Below are positions 27,946 through 36,194 of a stretch of DNA of 64,000 nt, one piece after another. Source of the stretch: an uncultured delta proteobacterium (GTDB taxonomy: Bacteria > Desulfobacterota > Desulfobacteria > Desulfobacterales > B30-G6). Under the pieces are notes generated by a model. The model did not search any database, was not told the origin of the DNA, and was given only the letters and a program-made list of their open reading frames with translations. The position numbers were made by a program, and so were the translations under genes. Location: NCBI GenBank assembly GCA_963823335.1, contig CAWGLD010000004.1, positions 352,001 to 416,000 on the forward strand, in the 5' to 3' direction. Position 1 is the first letter of the stretch; every line of letters starts with the position of its first letter.

Positions 27946-29820
27946 ATGATGAACTCATATTGGGCGGACGGCTATGTTGACAAAAAATGTGATGCCAAAA
28001 CAGCCATGCTGCGCATTCGCCCCGGACAAAGGGTGTTTATCGGTTCTTCATGCGGGGAGCCTCAGCATCTGGTAAAAGCCCTTGCTGAAACCGCCAATCG
28101 GTATACCGATATTGAAATTGTACGCCTCATGGCTCTTGAAAGTACACCCCTGACCCTCATCGCCGACAAAACAGGCAGCCAGAATCTCACGATTAGAACC
28201 TTTTATCTAGGGTCGGCCAAAGCCAAACATCTGTCAAAAAACCAGCGTTTCATCACACCTGTCAATCTCTCGGCAATACCCCGTCTTTTCAGAAGCCGGC
28301 ATCTTCCCATTCATGTGGCACTGATCCAGGTGTCACCGCCCGATGACTTTGGTTGGATGAGCCTGGGGGTATCGGTGGATATAACCCTGGCGGCAGCGCA
28401 GTCAGCCGACATGGTCATCGCCCAGGTCAATACCAACATGCCGAGAGTGCTGGGCCAGAGTTTTGTACATGTGAATGATGTCGATCACATTGTCGAACAC
28501 GATGAACCTCTGTTGACCATTGGTCAAATGCCGGAATCAGATTCCGCCGACAATATCGGCAGACTGATTGCCAGGCTCATCGACGATGCATCGACGCTGC
28601 AACTGGGCCCGGGTATCACCCGCAAGGCAACCCTTCTAGCTCTTTCGGATAAAAACGATCTGGGCGTCCACTCACAATATCTGACGGAAGATATGATGCA
28701 TCTGGTTTCAAAAGGTGTCATAACCAATCGCAAAAAGGGTTTCAATGACGGCAAGATCGTGGCCAGCGCCGCCATCGGCTCTGAAAACCTGTATGAATTC
28801 ATCAATGACAACCCTGCCATCGAATTTCACCCCTCAAATTATGTCAGCAATCCAAGTATCATCAGCCGCAACCACAAAATGGTTTCCATCAACGTTGTCA
28901 TGGCCATGGATCTGACCGGCCAGGTGGCTGCGGACGCACTGCCACACAATCATTTCTCAGGTGTCAGCGGTATGCCGGATTTCATACGGGGAGCGGCCCA
29001 GGTACCTGACGGCAAGTCCTTTTTGTTACTGACATCCACCACCGAGCAGGGCAAAAAAAGCCGTATCGTGCCCATGCTGTCCGACACGGCCGTTGTGGTC
29101 CCAAGGGCCGATGTCCAGTATGTGGCAACCGAATACGGTGTCGTGAATCTTTTCGGCAAGAGTTTTCAGGAAAGAGCCACCGCCATGATCAGTATTGCGC
29201 ACCCGGACTTCAGGGACGAACTGTTCCATCAGGCCAAAGATTTAGGCCTGATCGGTACGGAACGAAACCTGAAAGAATCCATTTACGGTGTCTATCCCAG
29301 GGAACTCGAAGAAACCATCCTTCTGGACAACACAAGCGTCACCATCCGGCCGGCAAAACCTGTGGACGAACGACGGATACAAGAGCATTTCTACAATCTC
29401 AACAAGGATGATGTCGTTGCCAGGTTTTTTCACGAAAAAACCTCTTTTGTACGTGCCGAAGTCTCAGATGTCTCCCAGGTGGACTACATCAAAGACCTGA
29501 CCATTGTCGCCGTCATCGGAGAATTCGGTTTTGGTGAAGTGGTGGGAGTGGGTGAATACCTGCTCGATCCCTCCAACAATATGGCGGAGGTGGCATTTTC
29601 CGTCAGTCAAAATTTTAAAAAGAAAGGCCTTGGGAAAATCCTTATTCGAAAACTGTGCGAAACAGCCCGGATAAATGGCATTTCAGGTTTTTTTGCCTAC
29701 ACATCACCTGAAAACAGGGGCATGATCAATCTTTTCAAGACCTTGCCCTATAAGACAACCAAAAAGTTCGAAGACGACCTGGTGCTGCTGCGCTGCAATT
29801 TTACCGATCCGGAACAATAA
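27946..29820 (+). CDS. Acetyl-CoA hydrolase/transferase domain fused to GNAT acetyltransferase
   Basis: QVSPPDDFGWMSLGVSVD, DLTGQV, DFIRGA, VATEYGVV, IAHPDFR; C-terminal AEVAFSV...KKGLG. Confidence 0.88.
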   Translation: MMNSYWADGYVDKKCDAKTAMLRIRPGQRVFIGSSCGEPQHLVKALAETANRYTDIEIVRLMALESTPLTLIADKTGSQNLTIRTFYLGSAKAKHLSKNQRFITPVNLSAIPRLFRSRHLPIHVALIQVSPPDDFGWMSLGVSVDITLAAAQSADMVIAQVNTNMPRVLGQSFVHVNDVDHIVEHDEPLLTIGQMPESDSADNIGRLIARLIDDASTLQLGPGITRKATLLALSDKNDLGVHSQYLTEDMMHLVSKGVITNRKKGFNDGKIVASAAIGSENLYEFINDNPAIEFHPSNYVSNPSIISRNHKMVSINVVMAMDLTGQVAADALPHNHFSGVSGMPDFIRGAAQVPDGKSFLLLTSTTEQGKKSRIVPMLSDTAVVVPRADVQYVATEYGVVNLFGKSFQERATAMISIAHPDFRDELFHQAKDLGLIGTERNLKESIYGVYPRELEETILLDNTSVTIRPAKPVDERRIQEHFYNLNKDDVVARFFHEKTSFVRAEVSDVSQVDYIKDLTIVAVIGEFGFGEVVGVGEYLLDPSNNMAEVAFSVSQNFKKKGLGKILIRKLCETARINGISGFFAYTSPENRGMINLFKTLPYKTTKKFEDDLVLLRCNFTDPEQ

Positions 29821-29825
29821 AAGGA

Positions 29826-29970
29826 TCATTTAGCCTTCGGCTGTAATTTGCCTTTCAGGCGTCATTTGCACTTCGTGCGATATTTGCCCTTCGGACGTCA
29901 TTAATTGCTGCTCATTGCTGATAGCTCTTAGCTCGTGGCTCAACCTAAAACGTAACACTTAAAACCTATA
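29826..29970. repeat. GTCATTT mini-hairpin array plus heptamer tandems
   Basis: Hairpins AGCCttcGGCT, GCCtttcaGGC, GCACttcGTGC, GCCCttcGGAC, then GCTGATA/GCTCTTA and CCTAAAA heptamers. Confidence 0.85.
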
Positions 29971-29991
29971 ACCGCTTTTGAAAGAAAAAAA

Positions 29992-31953
29992 ATGACAACC
30001 CATAAAATCTCATTCCAGCCCCACAACATCACCATCGACATTCCCCAAGACGAGACCATCCTCAGAGGGGCCCTGGAAGCCGGAGTTCACATCAACGCTT
30101 CCTGCGGCGGAGAGGGTGTCTGCGGAAAATGTCGTGTTATTATTGAAAACGGCACCGTGACCGGTGGCATCAGCGAAAGATTGAGCCGGGAGGACATCGA
30201 GAAAGGCTACCGGATCGCCTGTCAAAGTGTGGTCGAAAGTGATCTCACCGTTCGTATACCCGTGGAATCCTCTGTCGATGCCAGTGTATTGAATGCGCGC
30301 ATAACACCCCGGCAAACGGCAAAAATCAAGCAGACAGACCTCAACGGTCTGAAAGAGCAGGGTCTGTTCGTGCCGCCGGTCGAAAAAAAATACATCGAAC
30401 TGCCGGAACCGTCAGCAGATGACCGCCTCCCCGATGTGACGAGACTGGTCAGTTTTCTCAAATTGAACCAGGGCGAAGAACGCCTGGCAGTCAGTTTGCC
30501 TGTTATCCGTAAGATACCGGACATACTGCGAGAGTGCGATTTTAAGGTGACCGCAACCCTCGAAAGACCGGTCCAAAAAGGCCGGAAAACCCACATTATC
30601 AATGTGCAGCCAGGGGATGCGTCCAAAACCAACTACGCCATCGCCATCGACATTGGCACCACAACCGTCTACGGCCAGCTCATCGACCTCATCTCCGGTG
30701 AAATCATTGCTGAAACCGGCGATTTCAATGGCCAGATCAGCTATGGCGAGGATGTCATCAGCCGTATCGTATTTGCCGAAAAACCGGAAGGTCTCGAAAA
30801 ACTGCATGTCGTCATTGTTAAAACAATCAACGGCATCATTCATAAACTCGTCAAGCAAAGCGGGTGTGCCGTCGACAATATTTCGAGCATCACCCTGGCG
30901 GGCAACACCACCATGACCCAGCTTTTTTTAAAAATCAATCCCAGGTACATCCGGCGATCTCCTTATGTGCCCGCCGCAACCCTCTACCCGCCCATCAAGG
31001 CGCTGGATATTGGGATCGAATTGAACGAGCATGCCAGCGCACTGGTCTATCCAGCTGTATCGAGCTATGTCGGCGGTGATATTGTCGCCGGTGTCATGGG
31101 CTCCGGCATGTATCTCACAGACAAGTTGACGCTCTTTCTGGATATCGGCACCAATGCTGAAATCGTCATCGGCAACCACGAATGGTTCGCCTGTGCAGCC
31201 TGTTCTGCCGGGCCGGCATTTGAAGGTGGTGGTATCGAATTTGGCATGCGCGCCACCAAAGGCGCCATCGAGGATTTTTCCATCGACCCGGATACCCTCG
31301 AACCCATGAACATCTGCATCGGCAACGTCAGACCCAAAGGCATCTGCGGTTCCGGTCTGATTATCATGGTGGCAACGATGTTCGAGTACGGAATTATCAA
31401 CAATCTCGGTAAATTCGATCGCGATCTGGACACGCCGCGAATACGTGAAAAAGAGGGTATCTATGAATATGTCTTGGCCTGGAAAGACGACACACAGATC
31501 GATCGTGATATCGTTTTGACGGAAATCGATATCGAAAATCTCATCAGGGCCAAAGGTGCTATCTACAGCGGTTGTGTGACTCTGCTCGAAGAAGTCGGCA
31601 TGTCCATTCAGGACCTGGAGCAGATCATCCTGGCAGGGGGGTTCGGCAGTTATGTGGACCTGGAAAAAGCCATGATCATCGGTCTGCTTCCCGAAGTGGA
31701 TCCCGGGAAAGTTACCTTTATCGGCAATGGATCCCTGATGGGTGCCAAGATGAGTGCCCTCAGCAATCACATTCGCAGAAACGTGGCGGAGGTTACCAAA
31801 AAAATGACCAACTTCGAGTTGTCTGAAACAGCCTCTTACATGGACAACTATGTTGCCGCACTTTTTTTACCCCACACCAATCTGGAACGTTTTCCCAAGC
31901 TCCAGGCACGTATGGCCCAGCGTAAGAAAATGAAGGGTTCGAAGGGTAAGTAG
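29992..31953 (+). CDS. acsV: Reductive activator of corrinoid proteins (RACo, ASKHA ATPase with N-terminal 2Fe-2S)
   Basis: CGGEGVCGKC...IAC, DIGTTT, YGEDVISRI, DIGTNAE, CSAGPAFEGG, GICGSG, LAGGFG; upstream of acsD. Confidence 0.92.
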   Translation: MTTHKISFQPHNITIDIPQDETILRGALEAGVHINASCGGEGVCGKCRVIIENGTVTGGISERLSREDIEKGYRIACQSVVESDLTVRIPVESSVDASVLNARITPRQTAKIKQTDLNGLKEQGLFVPPVEKKYIELPEPSADDRLPDVTRLVSFLKLNQGEERLAVSLPVIRKIPDILRECDFKVTATLERPVQKGRKTHIINVQPGDASKTNYAIAIDIGTTTVYGQLIDLISGEIIAETGDFNGQISYGEDVISRIVFAEKPEGLEKLHVVIVKTINGIIHKLVKQSGCAVDNISSITLAGNTTMTQLFLKINPRYIRRSPYVPAATLYPPIKALDIGIELNEHASALVYPAVSSYVGGDIVAGVMGSGMYLTDKLTLFLDIGTNAEIVIGNHEWFACAACSAGPAFEGGGIEFGMRATKGAIEDFSIDPDTLEPMNICIGNVRPKGICGSGLIIMVATMFEYGIINNLGKFDRDLDTPRIREKEGIYEYVLAWKDDTQIDRDIVLTEIDIENLIRAKGAIYSGCVTLLEEVGMSIQDLEQIILAGGFGSYVDLEKAMIIGLLPEVDPGKVTFIGNGSLMGAKMSALSNHIRRNVAEVTKKMTNFELSETASYMDNYVAALFLPHTNLERFPKLQARMAQRKKMKGSKGK

Positions 31954-32181
31954 ATTCCAGGGGTTGCGCAAGATCTTTAAATGTCACACGCGTCAGCGGT
32001 TTGACAACCATGGCGCGTGCTGTGTTTGATCGCGGTTCAGGTCGTTATTGGATGGAACAATTCCATTCTTTTTTCCATCCATCAGTACCTGCATAAAACC
32101 AAAAAATTGTTCACAATCTAAATGGAATTCAGCCATTTCTAAATGATTCTGAGCACGCTAATGCTTTATTCGCCGCATCTA

Positions 32182-32210
32182 TTGACAAAGCAAAATTCAC
32201 CATATAGATA
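32182..32210 (+). promoter_or_regulatory. Putative sigma-70 promoter of the acs operon
   Basis: TTGACA-N17-TAGATA; palindrome TTTACATGTAAA at 32243-32254 downstream. Confidence 0.45.
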
Positions 32211-32264
32211 ATATCATTCGATCAAGATTGTCATTCATATCGTTTACATGTAAATGCGCTCGCT

Positions 32265-32334
32265 AACCCCGCAGCATGTGAAGCACTGCCGCAAGGCAGA
32301 ACCTACGGGGAATGCGTTCGCTGTTGCAGTTCAA
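32265..32334 (+). repeat. Palindromic element family E with inserted hairpin, in the acs leader
   Basis: CCCCGCAGCA-tgtgaagca-CTGCCgcaaGGCAG-aac-CTACGGGG-aatgcgttcgctgttgcagttca. Confidence 0.8.
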
Positions 32335-32483
32335 AATACAGAATCAAACCTATTTTATCAGGTAACGAGACAAAAAAATCTATGAAAGGGGGTATAAAAT
32401 TTCTAACGGAATCGTTTTAAAACTTTTTTACATTGAATAGTAACGATCATCCCTAACCGGTATGTTGATAAGGAGGTAAAAAA

Positions 32484-34061
32484 TTGGCATTCGAATTTTA
32501 TAAAGAATCTTATACTGGCGGTGTAAAGGAAATCACCCTTGGCGATGGAAAAAACGCCGTTACCGTCGGTGGGGAGACATGCTATCCCTTCTATCAGTTT
32601 GAAGGCGACATGCCTAACAAACCAAAAATTGCCATGGAAGTCTGGGACATGCAGCCCGAAGACTGGCCGGAAGCAGCTGTTAAACCTTTTCAGGATGTCC
32701 TTTCCGACCCGGCAGCCTGGGCCAAAAAATGCATCAAGGATTTCGGAGCCGAGCTGATCGTATTACAGTTGAAAAGCATCGACCCGAATGGAAATGATGT
32801 TGGCCCCGAAGAAGCTGCGGCAATGGTCAAGAAGGTTGCCGAGGCCATCGACGTCCCCCTCATCGTGTGGGGCTGTGCCAATCCGCAAAAGGATGAAGAA
32901 GTATTGAAAAAAGTGGCCGAAGTCTGCCAGGATTTCAATCTCGTTATGGGCCCTGTGGAGGATAAAAACCACAAGGGCATCGGTGCGGCAGCCATGGGTT
33001 ATGGTCACACCATCATATCTTCATCTCCCATCGATGTGAATATCGCCAAGCAGATCAACATTCTTCTTGAAAACCTGGGAATGCCCATGGACCGTGTCAT
33101 CATCGATCCGACAACGGGTGGACTGGGCTATGGTCTGGAATATAGTTACTCGGTCATGGAAAGACTCCGCATGGCGGCCATGGCGCAGGGTGACGACAAA
33201 CTCCAGTTCCCGCTCATCAACAACCTGGGTAACGAAGTCTGGAAGTGTAAGGAAGCCAAATTGAGCGCCAAAGAAGTACCGACCCTGGGCGACCCTGAAC
33301 GGAGAGGCATCATGATGGAAGCTGTGGGTGCCATATCCTACCTCATGGCCGGTTCGGACATTCTCATCATGCGGCACCCGGAAGCCATCCGGATGGTCAA
33401 ATCTTATATCGACCTGCTGGTGGATGGCGGTGGCGCAGGGGATATCGCGCCCGTCAGCAAGCAGTTGGACGATGTGGACATCGATTACGCGGCGCTGGCA
33501 CCCAAGCCGGACCTGACCATTGAGGAAGAGGTCAAGAAAGCTGCACCTGCCAAGAAAGCAGCGGAAAAACCAGAAGCTGCCAAACCCGCAGAAACGAAAG
33601 AAGCGCCCAAGAAAGCGGCTCCCAAGGCAGAAGCACCCGAAAAACCGGCACCAGCCAAGGAAGCGCCTGCAGTAGACAAAAAAGCAGAGGCGGAAGCCAA
33701 GGCCAAAGCCGAAGCAGACGCCAAAGCCAAGGCAGATGCGGACGCTAAGACCAAGGCCGAAGCAGATGCCAAGGCCAAGGCGGATGCCGAAACCAAAGCC
33801 AAAGCGGATGCCGAAGCCAAGGCCCAGGCAGATGCGGACGCCAATAAAAAAGCCGCTGCAGACGCCAAGGCCAAACGCGAAGCCGACGAAGATGCACTGC
33901 GTCAGAAACGCGCCGCCGAGCGCGAAGCTCTCGCCGCCAAACACGCACCATCAGCAGCCGGTGAGAAAATTTCCATGACACCCGCATCCGTGCAGAAATC
34001 CGAGCTTGAAAAAATGCTGGATAGACTCGACTGGGTCCACCGGCGGGTGAAACTGTATTAA
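32484..34061 (+). CDS. acsD: Corrinoid Fe-S protein small subunit (CODH/ACS delta) with long Ala/Lys-rich C-terminal extension
   Basis: VGGETCYPFY, SSPIDVNIAKQ, DPTTGGLGYGLEYSYSVMER, IMRHPEA; TTG start with AGGAGGT RBS. Confidence 0.95.
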   Translation: MAFEFYKESYTGGVKEITLGDGKNAVTVGGETCYPFYQFEGDMPNKPKIAMEVWDMQPEDWPEAAVKPFQDVLSDPAAWAKKCIKDFGAELIVLQLKSIDPNGNDVGPEEAAAMVKKVAEAIDVPLIVWGCANPQKDEEVLKKVAEVCQDFNLVMGPVEDKNHKGIGAAAMGYGHTIISSSPIDVNIAKQINILLENLGMPMDRVIIDPTTGGLGYGLEYSYSVMERLRMAAMAQGDDKLQFPLINNLGNEVWKCKEAKLSAKEVPTLGDPERRGIMMEAVGAISYLMAGSDILIMRHPEAIRMVKSYIDLLVDGGGAGDIAPVSKQLDDVDIDYAALAPKPDLTIEEEVKKAAPAKKAAEKPEAAKPAETKEAPKKAAPKAEAPEKPAPAKEAPAVDKKAEAEAKAKAEADAKAKADADAKTKAEADAKAKADAETKAKADAEAKAQADADANKKAAADAKAKREADEDALRQKRAAEREALAAKHAPSAAGEKISMTPASVQKSELEKMLDRLDWVHRRVKLY

Positions 34062-34135
34062 TCAATAAAAATGCCGCTAAGTAATATCCGATACCGGCAT
34101 AAAATCTAATTTATACTTCCGAGGAGGAACCTCTA

Positions 34136-36163
34136 ATGGCAGAAATAACCAAAGCTAAGGTAGCCAAAGAACCGAAATTGGCTGATCCGAAAATGGCAAG
34201 CATCGATGTTGCCAGCCAGGAAATGATCGCCCGTGCCCAGCAACTGGGTGTCGAAACGGTTTTCGACCGGGCGGTAAAAATGAAACCCTGTAACATCGGC
34301 ATTCAGGGAATCTGTTGTAAAAATTGTGCCATGGGCCCCTGCCGTCTACCACTCCCCAAGGGTGGCATCGAAGGTGAGGACGAAAGAAAAGGCCTGTGTG
34401 GTGCAACCCCGAATACCATTGCCGCACGTAACTTTGCCCGGATGGTCGCTGCCGGCGCGGCCGCCCACTCCGACCATGGCCGCGCTGTGGCCGAGGTCTT
34501 CAGATCTGCAGCCCGCAAAGAAACCGATGACTATAAGATTAAAGATACCGCCCGTCTGCTTGACATCGCCCCGCACCTGGGCGTTGCCATCAAGGTTGAG
34601 GTGGATGGTAAACAACAAGACAGGGACATCGATGAGATCGCCCTTGAAGTGGCTGAAGCCGCAATGAACGAGTGGGGCAAACCCGAAGGCGAGCTTCTTT
34701 ATGCCAAGAGAGCACCGGCGCCCCTTTATGAAAAATGGAAGAAAAACGGAGTTATCCCTCGAAATATCGACCGGGAAATCGTCGAGATCATGCACCGCAC
34801 CCACATGGGTGTCGACCAGGATTACAAAAACCTCGTCAAACAGTGCACCCGGGCATCCTTGGCCGATGGCTGGGGGGGCTCCATGCTGGCCACGGATCTT
34901 CAGGATATCATGTTCGGGACACCCTACCCCCTGCAGTCCGAAGCCAATATCGGCATCATGAAAGAAGATCATGTCAACGTCATCGTCCACGGCCACGAAC
35001 CGGTCCTGTCCGAAATGATCGTGGCCGCGTCTCAGACCAAAGAAATGCTGGACTACGCCAAATCAAAAGGCGCCAACGGCATTCAGCTGGGGGGCATCTG
35101 CTGCACGGCCAATGAAATACTGCAGCGTCACGGCGTACCACCGGCCGGCAACTTTCTGCAGCAGGAACTCGTCATCGTCACCGGCGCCTGCGATGCCATG
35201 GTGGTTGATGTCCAGTGTATCTTCCAGAACCTGGCCAATGTGGCAAAATGTTTTCACACCAAGCTCATCACCACCCACCCCATTGCCAAGATGGAGCAGG
35301 ACAACGTCATTCACATCGAATTTGACGAGCACCATGCACTGGAAGATGCCAAGCGGATTCTCCGATTGGCCATCGACAACTTTAAAAATCGTGCCACCGA
35401 GGTCATGATACCCAAGCATAAAGCCACCCAGATTGCCGGTTTCGGTGTTGAATCCATAAAATACCACCTGGGCGGCACTTTTCGCGGCACCTACTACACC
35501 CTGAACGACAACATCATCAATGGACGCATCCGAGGTCTCGCCGGTGTTGTGGGATGCAACAATGCGCGTTCCCAGCATAACAACGAGTGCATCACCATTA
35601 TCAAGGAACTGATCAAGAACGATGTCCTCGTTCTGACCACCGGCTGCAATGCCATCGCCTGTGCTACGCATGGGCTGCTGACCCCGGAAACCGCTGCGGT
35701 ATATTGCGGGCCCGGCCTGGCCGAGGTGTGCGAGACCGTGGGTATTCCACCGGTTCTGCACCTGGGTTCCTGTGTGGACAATAGCCGGATTCTCCTGGCA
35801 GCCACCGAGGTCGTCAAGGCCGGTGGACTGGGAAATGACATCAGTGATCTGCCTGCTGCAGGCAGCGCTCCGGAGTGGATGAGTGAAAAGGCCATTTCCA
35901 TCGGTCAATATTTTGTCTCTTCCGGTGTCTACACCGTTTTTGGCGGTGTTCTGCAGGTTAATGGTGCGCCTGTGTTCCAGGATTACCTGTTCAATGAGCT
36001 GGAAAAGGTTTACGGCGGCATGTGGGATATGTATACAAACCCCATGGATCATGCGCATGCCATGATCGCCCATATCGACAAAAAGCGTAAGGCACTCGGC
36101 ATCGATAAAGCCAGAGACAGGGTACTTATGGATATGGCAGACCGTCAGGCACTCGAGGCATAA
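34136..36163 (+). CDS. cooS: Anaerobic CO dehydrogenase catalytic subunit
   Basis: CNIGIQGICCKNCAMGPC, HSDHGR, VHGHEP, ICCTANE, DVQC, GVVGCNN, HLGSCVDNSR, APEWMSEKA. Confidence 0.97.
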   Translation: MAEITKAKVAKEPKLADPKMASIDVASQEMIARAQQLGVETVFDRAVKMKPCNIGIQGICCKNCAMGPCRLPLPKGGIEGEDERKGLCGATPNTIAARNFARMVAAGAAAHSDHGRAVAEVFRSAARKETDDYKIKDTARLLDIAPHLGVAIKVEVDGKQQDRDIDEIALEVAEAAMNEWGKPEGELLYAKRAPAPLYEKWKKNGVIPRNIDREIVEIMHRTHMGVDQDYKNLVKQCTRASLADGWGGSMLATDLQDIMFGTPYPLQSEANIGIMKEDHVNVIVHGHEPVLSEMIVAASQTKEMLDYAKSKGANGIQLGGICCTANEILQRHGVPPAGNFLQQELVIVTGACDAMVVDVQCIFQNLANVAKCFHTKLITTHPIAKMEQDNVIHIEFDEHHALEDAKRILRLAIDNFKNRATEVMIPKHKATQIAGFGVESIKYHLGGTFRGTYYTLNDNIINGRIRGLAGVVGCNNARSQHNNECITIIKELIKNDVLVLTTGCNAIACATHGLLTPETAAVYCGPGLAEVCETVGIPPVLHLGSCVDNSRILLAATEVVKAGGLGNDISDLPAAGSAPEWMSEKAISIGQYFVSSGVYTVFGGVLQVNGAPVFQDYLFNELEKVYGGMWDMYTNPMDHAHAMIAHIDKKRKALGIDKARDRVLMDMADRQALEA

Positions 36164-36194
36164 GTCTGATTCAGGATAATAAAGGAGGAACAAT

